From Alphaproteobacteria bacterium (GTDB lineage: Bacteria > Pseudomonadota > Alphaproteobacteria > MPNO01 > UBA830): a DNA stretch of 64,000 nucleotides. Where the stretch lies: NCBI GenBank assembly GCA_965221485.1, contig OZ244893.1:1861410-1925409 (forward strand), in the 5' to 3' direction. The position numbers and the translations under genes were made by a program. Below, piece by piece: positions 19,956 through 30,819 of this stretch (its first letter is position 1; the number at the start of each line of letters is the position of its first letter). The notes below the pieces were generated by a model. It was not told the DNA's origin. It saw only the letters and a list, made by a program, of their open reading frames with translations, and searched no databases.

Positions 19956-20779
19956 GAAAACAACTCATATCCCGAACCCTCTCCACAATTCTCCTGTTGG
20001 CCGGTGCGGCTGTGATCCTGCTCCCCTTTGTCTGGATGCTCTCGCTTTCCTTCAAGCCGAGCAACGAAATATTCAATCCGGAAATCACCCTGTTGCCATC
20101 TCGAATTGCCTGGGAAAACTATATTTTTGCATTCACCGAGACGAACCTGCCCCGATATCTCCTGAACGGGCTGATTGTCGTCGCCGGTATTCTGTTTTTC
20201 CAGATTCTGTTCGCAGTGCCATGTTCATTTGCACTCGCCCATCGCGAGTTTCCGGGCAGGAGTGCGGTGTTCGGTCTGGTTCTGGCAGCGCTGATGGTAC
20301 CCTTCCATGTGACCGCTATTCCCATTTTTCTGGGCTTTGCCGAGGTCGGATTAATCAATAGCTACACGGCCCTCATTGTTCCGTTTACCGCATCCGCATT
20401 CGGGATATTCCTGTTCCGGCAGTTCTTTGCGCGGATGCCGGCAGAGCTGTTTGATGCCGCACGGGTTGATGGTCTGTCGGAAAACGCGGTTGTCTGGCGG
20501 ATCGCATTCCCTCTCGCCATGCCCGCCGCCACCGCGTTTGCCATATTCTCGGTGACCGCACACTGGAACGACCTGTTCTGGCCCTTGATTGCGACGACAG
20601 ATCCGAATTTGGCAACACCGCCGAGAGGAATACTCTATTTCCGGGACGAGGAATCGGGCGACGATATCGGGCCGCTCATGGCCGCCACGGTCGCCGTTAC
20701 GGCACCCCTCGTCCTTGGCTTCCTGTTTGCCCAGCGAAAGTTCATCCAGGGACTCGCCACCGGAGGACTGAAGGGATGA
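19952..20779 (+). CDS. ABC transporter permease (MalG/UgpE-like)
   Basis: 275 aa, EAA loop (DAARVDGLS). 4-nt overlap with preceding permease. Confidence 0.85.
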   Translation: MRKQLISRTLSTILLLAGAAVILLPFVWMLSLSFKPSNEIFNPEITLLPSRIAWENYIFAFTETNLPRYLLNGLIVVAGILFFQILFAVPCSFALAHREFPGRSAVFGLVLAALMVPFHVTAIPIFLGFAEVGLINSYTALIVPFTASAFGIFLFRQFFARMPAELFDAARVDGLSENAVVWRIAFPLAMPAATAFAIFSVTAHWNDLFWPLIATTDPNLATPPRGILYFRDEESGDDIGPLMAATVAVTAPLVLGFLFAQRKFIQGLATGGLKG

Positions 20780-20869
20780 AAGGTAAACTGGCACGACAAT
20801 TGCGTCCGGAACCAACCGGGCCCAGGACTTCCATTTCATCAGCAAACCCAAGTAAAGGATGTGAATGTC

Positions 20870-22120
20870 ATGAAAAAACTTCTGTTCGCTATGGCGTTCG
20901 TCATGAGCGCTTCCTCGGCCATGGCGGCCGATACCACCATTCGGGTTCACTACGCGATCCCGACCATCTGGGCGGAGACCCAGGAAGCCCTGGCCAAAGC
21001 CTTCATGGCCGGCAACCCCGACATCAAGGTGACGATTGACGGTCCGGCCGAGGGCTACGCACAAGGGGTACAGCGCCTCCTGAGAGAGTCCATCGCGGGA
21101 ACCGCCCCCGATGTCGCGTTTGTCGGACTGAACCGCTGGCGAATTCTTGAAGACAGGGGTCTCACCAAACCTCTGGACGGTTTCATCGGTGCGAAAGCCA
21201 AGGAGATGGGCTTTACACCGGCTCTTCTGTCGCTCGGGGCGTTTGAAGGCAAACAGCATGCACTGGCGACGTCCGCCTCGACCCTTGTCATGTATGTGAA
21301 TCCCGAGCTGGTCGAGCGGGCCGGTGGTTCCATGGACAATTTCCCGGGCGACTTCGATGGCGTCATTGCGCTGGCCCGGAAAATCGACGCGCTCGGTGAC
21401 AACATCGACGGCATCTGGATACAACGGCATGACTGGCGCTTTCAGTCTTTGCTCGGATCCTACGGTGGCCGCCCAATGAATGCCGACGAATCTGCGATCA
21501 CTCTGGACAGCGACGCCGGTATCAAGGCAGCGACATTGTTCCAGCGCTTCGCCAGGGAAGCCGGTATGAAGTCCTATGGCTCGAAAGAAGCTCGTCAGGC
21601 GTTCCCGGGCGGCACCCTCGGCATCATGCTGGAGAGTTCTTCGCTTCAGAAGCGCTTCGAGATCGGCGCGGCCGGCAAATTCAAAGTCACGATCAAAGCT
21701 TTGCCGGTCCTCGCTTCCGACAAGAGCCAGGTGTACTTCCCGACCGGCGGCTCGGGAATTGTTCTCCTCACCGATGACAGGAAGCGGCAGGACGCGGCCT
21801 GGAAATATATTTCCTTTGTGACAGGGCCGGAAGGTCAGAAAATCATTGTGGAAAACACCGGCTATGCACCAGCCAACTCAATTGTCATTGAGGACAAGGC
21901 CTACCTCGGAAACTTTTACGCCAACAACAGGAACGCCCTGGTCGCCCATACCCAGGTCTCCAGATATGCCGGACCCTGGTATGCCTATCCGGGTTCTGAA
22001 GGAGTGGCCGTTACGGATCTGATTGCCGCCGCTCTCGTGGAGGTGACGGAGGGTGAAGATCCGAACTCGACAATCAAGGACCTGGCGAAAACTCTCCGTC
22101 AAAAGCTCAAAATGAAATAG
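20870..22120 (+). CDS. ABC transporter extracellular solute-binding protein (family 1)
   Basis: ORF 20861..22120. ATG at 20870 preceded by AAAGGA. Signal peptide MKKLLFAMAFVMSASSAMA. SBP fold. Confidence 0.85.
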   Translation: MKKLLFAMAFVMSASSAMAADTTIRVHYAIPTIWAETQEALAKAFMAGNPDIKVTIDGPAEGYAQGVQRLLRESIAGTAPDVAFVGLNRWRILEDRGLTKPLDGFIGAKAKEMGFTPALLSLGAFEGKQHALATSASTLVMYVNPELVERAGGSMDNFPGDFDGVIALARKIDALGDNIDGIWIQRHDWRFQSLLGSYGGRPMNADESAITLDSDAGIKAATLFQRFAREAGMKSYGSKEARQAFPGGTLGIMLESSSLQKRFEIGAAGKFKVTIKALPVLASDKSQVYFPTGGSGIVLLTDDRKRQDAAWKYISFVTGPEGQKIIVENTGYAPANSIVIEDKAYLGNFYANNRNALVAHTQVSRYAGPWYAYPGSEGVAVTDLIAAALVEVTEGEDPNSTIKDLAKTLRQKLKMK

Positions 22121-22149
22121 ACTCTTTCGCCTCCTGTGACGGCAGGCAA

Positions 22150-22184
22150 CGGGCGGCTCGAACGGGCCGCCCGACTTTTTTCTT
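22150..22184 (+). terminator. rho-independent terminator after ABC operon
   Basis: CGGGCGGC-tcgaacgg-GCCGCCCG stem-loop followed by TTTTTTCTT, 30 nt after the SBP stop. Confidence 0.6.
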
Positions 22185-23016
22185 ACCCGGACGAGCGGAC
22201 CCGGTTCGGTCAGGGTTGCGTTCACTGCATTGACGCAAAGTTTCAATTTTGGTCGGCTCAAGGGCACGAAAAGACGTCGATTCGGTCCGATTTTCCGGTC
22301 CGGTAGTATCCATTAGCGGATATTTGGCGGAGCCGAAACCAGACTTCAGAGATCCTGATCTCGTACAGTTTGTACCGACGCAAAGTCAGGATTTTGGGTG
22401 GTTGCGGCACTTGTATAGACGGCCCTCAGATCGGTTACAGGATCAATGGCTTCGGCCGCTTTGAGTTCGGTGAGAAGGAGCACGATGTGACGATTCTTTG
22501 CGCCGTTTCCGAGGCTCTGAAACTGTACTTGCAGGCCTCGGTCTTCAGTGCCGGCATTCAGCCTGATCTTGCGTCGCAGGGTCTTGGCCTCAGGCGCCCC
22601 GTCGTGACCGAGAATGATTCTCCGCTCCTCGGACACGTAATAACGAAGCGATTCGGGGCTGCGGAGTCTGGCCACAATCATGAAGGCAACGCACAACAAA
22701 CTGTAGTCAGACCGTAATGCCTCCGAGAGCTTTCCAGTCATTGAGTCCGACGGAAAAGATCGGTCTCGGGTTCGAAACGGAAGTCAGAGCATCTGCCTCC
22801 AAATCGATTGATTCTGTGCTCACCTGATGGCAGGCCACTGGAAACCAGCAAATTGCATGAAATGCATCTTCGCCGATTTCCAGCTTAGCCCGCACAGAGC
22901 CGAAGTCGCCTCCCCGGTGCTGGACACCAATACCCGGCTCTTCGCCGATGACCGGGTCAACGCTGGGCAATTCATAGTTCTAACAGGAAACCGGTTTCGT
23001 TCTGCACCTCTCATCG

Positions 23017-24990
23017 TCAATTGATCATCGTAGAGGGCAGCCAAAGGATCAATGCCGGAAAAAAGACCAACAGAACAAGCTTTATGATATCGGCACCCAC
23101 GAACGGGAGAACGCCCTTGAATATGGTCGGCATGGGAACATCACCGGCCACTCCCTTCAGAACAAACACATTGATGCCAAACGGCGGGGTGATCAGGCCG
23201 GTTTCCACCACCACGACCATAATGATTCCGAACCAGATCAGGTCGTATCCAAGATCCAGGATCAGCGGCGATACGATCGGCACGGTGATCACCATCAGCG
23301 CGAACGGATCCATGATCGCGCCGAGGATCAGATAAACGAACAGAATCAGGAAGATTATGGCGATCCGGTGAAGATCCAGTCCGCCGATAGCGTCGGTGAC
23401 GATGCCGGTTAATCCCGTCGTTCCGATGAAGAACGAGAACGTGACAGCCCCAAAGATCAGGGCATAAATCATCGCAGTGGTCTGGGTGGTTTCGCCCATC
23501 ACTTCCCAGATCGCTCCGCGATGAAGCTTCCCGCGAAGCAAGGCAAACATGAACGCGCCTCCGGCACCGACCGCCGCCGCTTCGTTGACTGTGAAGATGC
23601 CTCCGTAGATGCCACCAATCACGATGCCGAAAAGACCGATGACTCCCCAGCTCTGGCGCAGCGCGGCCCATATCTCGGCGCGTGTGGGCCTTTCGCTTGG
23701 TGGCGCCGCCTTGTTGGCGAAGCGAATGTAGAGGGAGACAGTCACCATGTAGAAGATCGTCGCGATGATCGCAGGGATCACCGCCGCAATAAAAAGCCGC
23801 CCAATCGATTCTTCGACCAGGATTGCATAGATGACGATTGCGGAAGATGGAGGAACCAACTGCCCCAGCGTTCCACCTGCCGCCACGCAGCCTGTAGCCA
23901 GGTCCGGCGAATAACCCCGCTCCCGCATTTCCGGCAAGGCAACCCGCCCGATCGTCACAGCTGTCGCAAGGGAGGAGCCGGTCAGGGCGCCAAATCCGGC
24001 GCATCCGCCGATTGTCGCCAGCGCAAGGCCACCTCGACGATGACCGATCAATACATGGGCCAGTTTGTAAATGTCTCCGGAGAGACCTGCAACCGAGGCG
24101 AATGCACCCATCATCAGAAATAGCGGCAGGACCGCCAGATTTCCGTTAGTCAGAAATTCCACGACCTCGGTGCCGATCACACCCAAGGCTGGTTCAAAGC
24201 CGACCATGAGGATTGTCCCGATCAAACCGACAAGACCCATGGCCGCTGCCAACGGCACCAGCATCAGGATCATGACCCACATGATCAGGAAGAAAATAAC
24301 CGCGATGCCAGCTTTGGAGTCGGGCAAAATCGTCGGCAGAAATTCCGTCATGCTCTGAAGCGAAACATCCAATCCGGCGATGACGGCCACCAGCAAAACG
24401 GCAATAACTCCAAACAGGATTGGTGTGATTGGCCGGCCGCTCAACTGTTTTTGCTCTTTTTCTTCGCCAAAATCTCGTGGAGGAACGTACCCGGCAAACG
24501 CGTTCGCGATATCCGTCAGCAGCACGACGAACTGAATCAGGGCGCACACGACCATCAGTATGCAAATGACCCAAATGAAGGGAGACAGCTGCCATTCGAG
24601 GATCATCGTGGTCTGGCCGATTTTGTTGACCTCGACGGCGTGATGGCCAATTCGCCACGCAAACACCAGGAAGATGAGGAGCAACAGGAACGAGCCCAGG
24701 GGGTTCAGCCAGCAACGGGTTCGCGGATTGAGAACACCGCCCAGAAGATCAATTTTCAAATGGACCCTCTGGGCTACCCCCGCCGGAAACGTCGCCGCAA
24801 TCGCGACCGCCATGACCATCTCTACCACTTCGTTGAACCCAACGAATGGCGCATTGAATACAAACCGGAGCGTGATATCGCCCACGGTCAATAGGGAAAT
24901 GATGAGCATCCCGAGGACGCCGAAAGAAGCAATGCGACGGGTAATCGCGATGCTTTTTTCAACATAGTTGTTGGGCCAGGAAAACATCAA
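23017..24990 (-). CDS. TRAP transporter fused small+large permease (DctQ-DctM fusion)
   Basis: 657 aa. N-terminal 4-TM DctQ-like module then DctM module with conserved GHRRGGLALATIGGCAGFGA.GSS and PPFGINVFV blocks. Confidence 0.9.
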   Translation of the reverse strand: MMFSWPNNYVEKSIAITRRIASFGVLGMLIISLLTVGDITLRFVFNAPFVGFNEVVEMVMAVAIAATFPAGVAQRVHLKIDLLGGVLNPRTRCWLNPLGSFLLLLIFLVFAWRIGHHAVEVNKIGQTTMILEWQLSPFIWVICILMVVCALIQFVVLLTDIANAFAGYVPPRDFGEEKEQKQLSGRPITPILFGVIAVLLVAVIAGLDVSLQSMTEFLPTILPDSKAGIAVIFFLIMWVMILMLVPLAAAMGLVGLIGTILMVGFEPALGVIGTEVVEFLTNGNLAVLPLFLMMGAFASVAGLSGDIYKLAHVLIGHRRGGLALATIGGCAGFGALTGSSLATAVTIGRVALPEMRERGYSPDLATGCVAAGGTLGQLVPPSSAIVIYAILVEESIGRLFIAAVIPAIIATIFYMVTVSLYIRFANKAAPPSERPTRAEIWAALRQSWGVIGLFGIVIGGIYGGIFTVNEAAAVGAGGAFMFALLRGKLHRGAIWEVMGETTQTTAMIYALIFGAVTFSFFIGTTGLTGIVTDAIGGLDLHRIAIIFLILFVYLILGAIMDPFALMVITVPIVSPLILDLGYDLIWFGIIMVVVVETGLITPPFGINVFVLKGVAGDVPMPTIFKGVLPFVGADIIKLVLLVFFPALILWLPSTMIN

Positions 24991-25017
24991 ACCCAGCTTG
25001 GCTTGATGCCATCCGGC

Positions 25018-26013
25018 CTACTTGAGCTTGGCTATTTCTTCCTTGAATGCCGCCAGTATGGCTTCACCATTGGGCGTTTTCCTGGCCCAGTCGGTGTGAA
25101 CTTTCAGTGTTGCGTCCGCCCAACGTTTCTTTTCGGCATCGGTGAGGGTAATCAACGTATGGCCATCTTGTGTGCCATACTTCTTCTTCGACCCGGTTTG
25201 AATACGATCCCAGAACTCCGAGTACTTCTTCACAAGACCCATATTGGAATTCGAATCGATGGCTCTCCGGGCCTCTCCTTTCAAACCTTCGTAAGTCTTC
25301 TTATTCATGATGACCATGCCGGCACCACCGCCCAGGGCCACGTCGGTATGGAATTTCGTCACTTCGTAGAGTCTGTAGGGCTGAAACGCGGTCCAGGCGA
25401 TAAATGTACCCTTGACGAGACCCCGGCTGACATTCTGGTAAATCTTGGGCGTGATCATGGATACAGGCGTCGCTCCCAGGGCACCAATGGTCGCCAGCCG
25501 CATCGGCCCGGTGGAGCCGATTTTCATGCCCTTCAGATCTTCCAGGGATTTGACGGGAGAATTGGTGTGGAGCGCGTTGGGCGGAAACGAAAAGGCCGCC
25601 AGGAGTTTGACGTCCTGATATTCGTCAGAAATCAGGCCCCGTTCATACAGCCGCCACATCGCTTGAGAACCAACCGATGATTTCTCGAACAGAAGGGGCA
25701 ATCCCACGACGTTGGATTTCTTGAATTTTCCGGGAACGAATCCCTGCAGGCTCCAACCGATCTGGGCGACATTAGTCTTCACGCGATCAAAGAGGTTCTG
25801 GTGGCTCGCAAGCACTCGACCTGCAACCAGTTCGACGTCCAGAGTTCCGTTGGAGTCGGCAGTGACTTTCTTCACCCATGGACCAAAAATCTGAACGTTG
25901 AGATGTGCCTTTGGCGGCGATGGTGAAGCGAATTTAAGTTTCAAAGGCTCCGCGGCTGCCGGTAAGGCGATAACCGAGAGCGCAATGGCTCCAACTACTG
26001 CAGCGTTCTTCAT
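25018..26013 (-). CDS. TRAP transporter substrate-binding protein (DctP family)
   Basis: 331 aa, signal peptide, DctP-family fold. Directly upstream of the fused permease. Confidence 0.9.
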   Translation of the reverse strand: MKNAAVVGAIALSVIALPAAAEPLKLKFASPSPPKAHLNVQIFGPWVKKVTADSNGTLDVELVAGRVLASHQNLFDRVKTNVAQIGWSLQGFVPGKFKKSNVVGLPLLFEKSSVGSQAMWRLYERGLISDEYQDVKLLAAFSFPPNALHTNSPVKSLEDLKGMKIGSTGPMRLATIGALGATPVSMITPKIYQNVSRGLVKGTFIAWTAFQPYRLYEVTKFHTDVALGGGAGMVIMNKKTYEGLKGEARRAIDSNSNMGLVKKYSEFWDRIQTGSKKKYGTQDGHTLITLTDAEKKRWADATLKVHTDWARKTPNGEAILAAFKEEIAKLK

Positions 26014-26876
26014 AGTAATTTCCTCCCTGGTATTGAGCCTGGATCAAACTCCGAAATGCAAAATTGCCTCGTACGTCGGAAGGCTTTCTCAAGGCTATAT
26101 ATAGTAGCAGAATTGGCGGACAAAGGCGAGGTATTCAGGGCGAGCAAATTGCCAGGGCAAGAAACAGCCCTGTTTTCGGCCCGTTTGGTCACCGGCTCCT
26201 TGAACAATACCGAGCCCTCAACCGGCAGGGGAGTGGCATCGCCGAACCAGCTGCCGGTCCTGATGGAAGGCAACGGTTTACTGACAACTATCCGCATATC
26301 GCGGGTCATCACCAGCCTGGAGATGCCGGGAGGCAGCGAGTGGCTGTTTCGCCTGAATCGCATCACCGCTCGGCCCGGACGGATCGCAGACCGTTGTTGT
26401 CTCTCACTTTACAAGTTCGTGAGCATCCCGGATTATTTCTGGCGAACTGGTTCTGGATTTCCCGGATTGCTCCGCTTCTTTTCCGATCGCTCTGTGTAAA
26501 AGTTGCGGTCCCGGGTCTTGATTTGGGATCTGGTACCTGAAGTCTCCGGGACCTGGAGCCCGGCTGCGTTGGTCCGGTGCTGCGCTCGAGGGCACCAATC
26601 CTCGTCTTTTCCTGATTGACGCTGAGTCTCATCTAGATTGTCGCGCTGCACTCCGCCGGCATCAGCCGCAACGGACGCGCACAGAGCGTGGCCAAAACAG
26701 GGTCGTGGCCAAAACAGAGTGAACCCCTTACCGGCGCCCGGTTATTCCTGATCCTGCATACATGTCAATGGCGGCCATTCTGTGCTCAACAGTCGGGAAA
26801 TTTGCGAGCCGGTATGATCAAGGAACCACATGGCAACTTGACAACGGTCGAGAAAACGTAATATTTTCAAACCTGT

Positions 26877-26952
<76 letters not shown>

Positions 26953-27568
26953 GCATCCAGGCACTCCCGACAAGGGACTGGGAGTGACGCCTCCAGGATC
27001 AGGGATCCTGTTACGCGCGCATGATCATTGTGCAGAACCGGTCCGGTTTCCGGTCAGGGCATTCCTCACTCCCTCACCAGCGTCTCCCGACAATCTTTCA
27101 GGCCCGGGACCGGGCCTGCCCGGGCCCGTGTTCAGCTACCCGCAAATTGCGCCGATACGCCAGTCCAGTTCAAGACGACTGCAGATCATACCAGACTCCG
27201 ACATCTGCAGGGCAAACCGGCTGACCACAGCGGCATCGGGTAGTTTTATGGCGACGCAGCACCAGTCCACACATGTCTCGGTCGTGCCGACCTTTCCAAC
27301 CGGGCCGGGAGCGCGATCGGCATCAAGCAAAGCGATCGCACTCTGCGCAATCAGGATACTCATGATCGGTCACCGCCTGGAGCAACTCCGGATATCGGCG
27401 AATTCAGAGGACGCCATGGGGGTGTCAACACCACGCAAATTGGCCCGGACGAGGCTTTGCACCCACACAGAAGCATCCTCTGGCGGCATCCCGGTATGTT
27501 GAAACAGTTCGGCTCAGGAACCTGTCAGGCGTGCAGGCAAAACCGAACCATATCCGGGGTGTCGAGCC

Positions 27569-28447
27569 TCATGCTGCAACCGTAATTGCCGGAAAATGAT
27601 CATCCAGCCAGCCCCTGACGATCCCGCGGGTTCTGGTATCATCTCCGGCAAGGGGAAAATGATCGGTGCCGGTAATCAGGACCAGATCCTTCGGCTGGCC
27701 AGCGAGCTCCCACAGGCGGAGCGACTGCTCGGTCGGTGTTACCGTATCGTCGGCGCCGTGGAGAAAGAAAATTGGCCGGGGACTGACCCAGTGAATCACC
27801 TCTTCTGCCCTGAAGTCGTACATGCTTTGGGCGGTATCGGCTGAAACCTCCATCAATGCCTCGGGGGAGAGGTTCTTCCGCAGATGTTCTGCCATCGGAA
27901 CAACATCGAAACGCGAAACAATCGGTGCAACCCCGGTGCGCTCCTTTTCCTCTCGGGCCCGTTCGAGCATGCCGGCAAATCTCTCCCACTTTTCTCCGGG
28001 ATGCTGGCCGCGAAACTTGCGTTCGCCGTGGCCCCAACCGCAGGATGAAATAACGGCAGCGAATCTCTGGTCAACTGCTCCCGCATAGCACGCAACGGCG
28101 GCGCCAAAACTGTGCCCGATGACACCAATCCGATCCGGAGCGATTTCGGGGCGCTCCGCCAGCCAGTTCAGCGCGTTCTTGGCATCCGCGACCTGGTCAT
28201 GGCACAGCACATACCCTCTTCGACCGCCGCTTTTTCCGCAGCCGCGAAAATCGAAACGGAGTGAGGCATAACCCCATTCCGTGAGCATTCGTGCCATAAT
28301 TTCAGCGTGGCTCTTGTCCTTGGAACCGATAAAGCCATGCAGCACAACAAAAGCTGTCAACCTGTCACCGGCTTTGTATCCGTCCGGAATGTGGAGGTTT
28401 CCCGCCAGTTCGATTCCGTCAGAAACAAAAGTCACGTCAAATTCCAT
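27569..28447 (-). CDS. alpha/beta hydrolase (dienelactone hydrolase/acyl esterase-like)
   Basis: ORF 27569..28501 trimmed to MEFDV preceded by AGGAAA. Nucleophile elbow GHSFG, HGFIGSKD. Alternative starts 28483/28501. Confidence 0.75.
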   Translation of the reverse strand: MEFDVTFVSDGIELAGNLHIPDGYKAGDRLTAFVVLHGFIGSKDKSHAEIMARMLTEWGYASLRFDFRGCGKSGGRRGYVLCHDQVADAKNALNWLAERPEIAPDRIGVIGHSFGAAVACYAGAVDQRFAAVISSCGWGHGERKFRGQHPGEKWERFAGMLERAREEKERTGVAPIVSRFDVVPMAEHLRKNLSPEALMEVSADTAQSMYDFRAEEVIHWVSPRPIFFLHGADDTVTPTEQSLRLWELAGQPKDLVLITGTDHFPLAGDDTRTRGIVRGWLDDHFPAITVAA

Positions 28448-28680
28448 ATTCTGATTTCCTGTTATCGGAGAGGCGATGCTCATATACTGACCGCATCGCA
28501 AAATTCTTGCAGCACCTGCAGCCTCAATGCAAACGCAGTACCCGCTGCCGCGTTCATCCCTTCACCGGAGATCCCGTCCTCTGTTTGTTTGACGATACCC
28601 ACAGGGACCAGGTTTATGAAAATATTCTGGGATATGTTCGTGTAGTCTGCGAAGCAACTGGAAATCCATGGACTGGCAAG

Positions 28681-28941
28681 ATGACCATTATCAGAATTCA
28701 TGATATCGAGCCGTTGGAAGACAAGAAAGAAGAGGGCATCGACCTATTGCCTACGGGGACGGAGGTTGCCACGCCATTCTGGGAAACACCGACCCTGGAC
28801 GAATTAGCGGGCTTTCAAAATGTAAAGCCCCTGGAGACGGCTCAAAGGCTATTCGGAACGTGGCCCGGTGACGAAAATGATGGATTCGAAGCGACCATCA
28901 TCGAGCTCCGGAACCTGCGCACTGGATCCGGCAGTCTCTGA
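28681..28941 (+). CDS. hypothetical small protein (possible antitoxin-like ORF upstream of vapC fragment)
   Basis: 86-aa C-terminal part of ORF 28507..28941 (MTIIRIHDIEPLED...TPFWETPTLDELAGF...). No confident family assignment. Lower-GC context. Confidence 0.25.
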   Translation: MTIIRIHDIEPLEDKKEEGIDLLPTGTEVATPFWETPTLDELAGFQNVKPLETAQRLFGTWPGDENDGFEATIIELRNLRTGSGSL

Positions 28942-29130
28942 TGACACCCACCGGTGTTCCCCCGGACACGAATATTGCGTCCTGCTCGATGCGTAGAGGT
29001 CGGGAAGCGCAGGTATATGCTCCTCATGTGGAGCATCGTGCCCGTTGTCTCTTTCATCACAGTCGGTGAACTATAGTTCGGCGCCGAGAAAGTAAGGTGG
29101 GGCAATAGGAATCGAAGAACACTTGACGCA

Positions 29131-29364
29131 ATGCCCCGTGAATTCGTCGTGATTCCCTACGACAACGAAACGTCTCCCTTCTATGGTCGTCCGGTAGCAG
29201 CACGGGAGCGGAATGGAAGACCCGTTTCACTCAACGATGCTTGGATCGCAGCCTGTGCTGTACGACATGAAGTTCCGCTGAACACCCATAATGGCCTCGA
29301 TTTTTCCGGCATACCAGGCTTGCAGGTGATTACCGAACCTGTTCCATCCAGCAATGGCGGATAA
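29131..29364 (+). pseudogene. vapC (PIN-domain toxin) C-terminal fragment
   Basis: 77-aa ORF matching only the C-terminal half of VapC (GRPVSLNDAWIAACAVRHEVPLNTHN..DFSGIPGLQVI). In-frame stop 19 codons upstream. The N-terminal half with catalytic Asp residues is absent. Confidence 0.5.
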
Positions 29365-29527
29365 TGGGGAGCCTCTCCCCGTGCTGCACAAGTACCAGAC
29401 CATCCGGTACTGGAGCAATGAGGACCGGGCGTTGATCGCTGAGGCAACCGAATTGGCCGGCTGCGTGGCGCATGGCGACGACCAGGAAACCGTGTTGTGG
29501 AACATCAAGGACGCCGTGCAATTCTGA
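29354..29527 (+). pseudogene. HicB-like/UPF0150 antitoxin N-terminal domain fragment
   Basis: 57-aa ORF (below table cutoff) MADNGEPLPVLHKYQTIRYWSNEDRALIAEATELAGCVAHGDDQETVLWNIKDAVQF. Resembles the HicB N-terminal domain (..DLPGC.T.GDT.EEAL.N..EA). No HicA partner or DNA-binding domain found. Confidence 0.3.
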
Positions 29528-30819
29528 ATCGAGCGGGCGCAGGAACTGTGACGAGCGGTTCCTGAGCCGAAGGGCGAGCGGTTGATGTTTGCGTGACCGC
29601 TTGATATGGCGCCGCCACTGAGAGATCCGTCAGCATCACAAAGCCAGATTTCGAGCCCGACCCTGACTTCCAGTTCCGAGCGGTGGATGCTGTCCGCGAC
29701 CCATTTCGAAGTCAGAAGGTGTACAGGACCAACTTCACGGTAATGCGGGATTCGCGAGATCGACAACGCCGGATCGCCTTTAACGAGTGCGATCTGGGCG
29801 CTGGCAATCGGCTGACGCTGCCTCGCGACGAGATTATGGCAAATCCGATCGATACCCGGCTCCGCAACGGATTTCCGCAGTCCGACTCGCTGATCTGAGG
29901 CGACTTCATTGTCGAAATGGAGACCTGCACTGGCAAGACTTGGTGTTTGACTTGGAAGCGAGGGATTTCTCCAATTTTATGGTCAGTGATGACGGGAAGG
30001 CCATCAATGACCATAAAATTGGTGTGAAGTCCGACCGACAAAACCCGCGGCCAACCCGGTTTGTTTACGAAAAGATGGTGTTCGGGATCGCTGCCATGCA
30101 TGGACGGGGCACACTCTGTTGGTTCGCTCACGTTCAGACCAAAATCTGTCAGTAAGGTCTCGGCCAGTGCCAGATCCGGTCATTGGGGCGGGATCCCGGC
30201 AATGTCTCGCGTCTTGATGACAGGTCCCGCATGAAACCATCACTGATTGTCTTCAGTCCGGACAATCCGCATAAGTGACACCGGAACCTTGCGTGCAGAC
30301 TGACCGGATGGGTGAAGGTCTTGAAGCGCGACGCCCACGGTCACCGGAAGCGATGAATCGGGGGTCTGCAAATCCGGCCATCGGGTGACGCAGCCTTGTC
30401 TTCGACTGGGTCATGACAACGCGGTCTGTCCGATCATGTTGTAGTTGTGCAAGGTCTGATGGGAGCCCTCGGACACAGGATAGCTGTAACCTGCAAAAGC
30501 CCACAATCATGGGAGATGAAGATCACGGACCGGAGCATGAATATCAAATGCCGCTCTCACGAGACCAAATGCAAGACGGTTGAAGCGGGCTCAGTGGACA
30601 GCATGACGCCTGAGGACAGTACACAGACAGGCGACGCTCCCTCGAGCGTAAATCCGAAGAAAGTCGATCAATGGAACCAGGCTGTTACCCTGCATCAAAT
30701 TACTGTGTTACCGTAGTAGAAACAGTGAATGCCCAGAACGGCATTCCGAGCGTCGGGTTTTCTGTCTGGTCAACCGGCCGGAATGGACAAGAATGCAATC
30801 GAACCACGCAGGAGGAAAA

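Noticed and set aside
20351-21430. 359-aa minus-strand ORF
   Set aside because: Antisense to the ABC permease/SBP genes, which have strong family signatures. Discarded as shadow ORF.
26984-27502. 172-aa ORF just downstream of tRNA-Lys, considered as possible integrase remnant
   Set aside because: No integrase catalytic motifs (R..H..R..Y), proline/serine-rich low-complexity translation. Likely non-coding.
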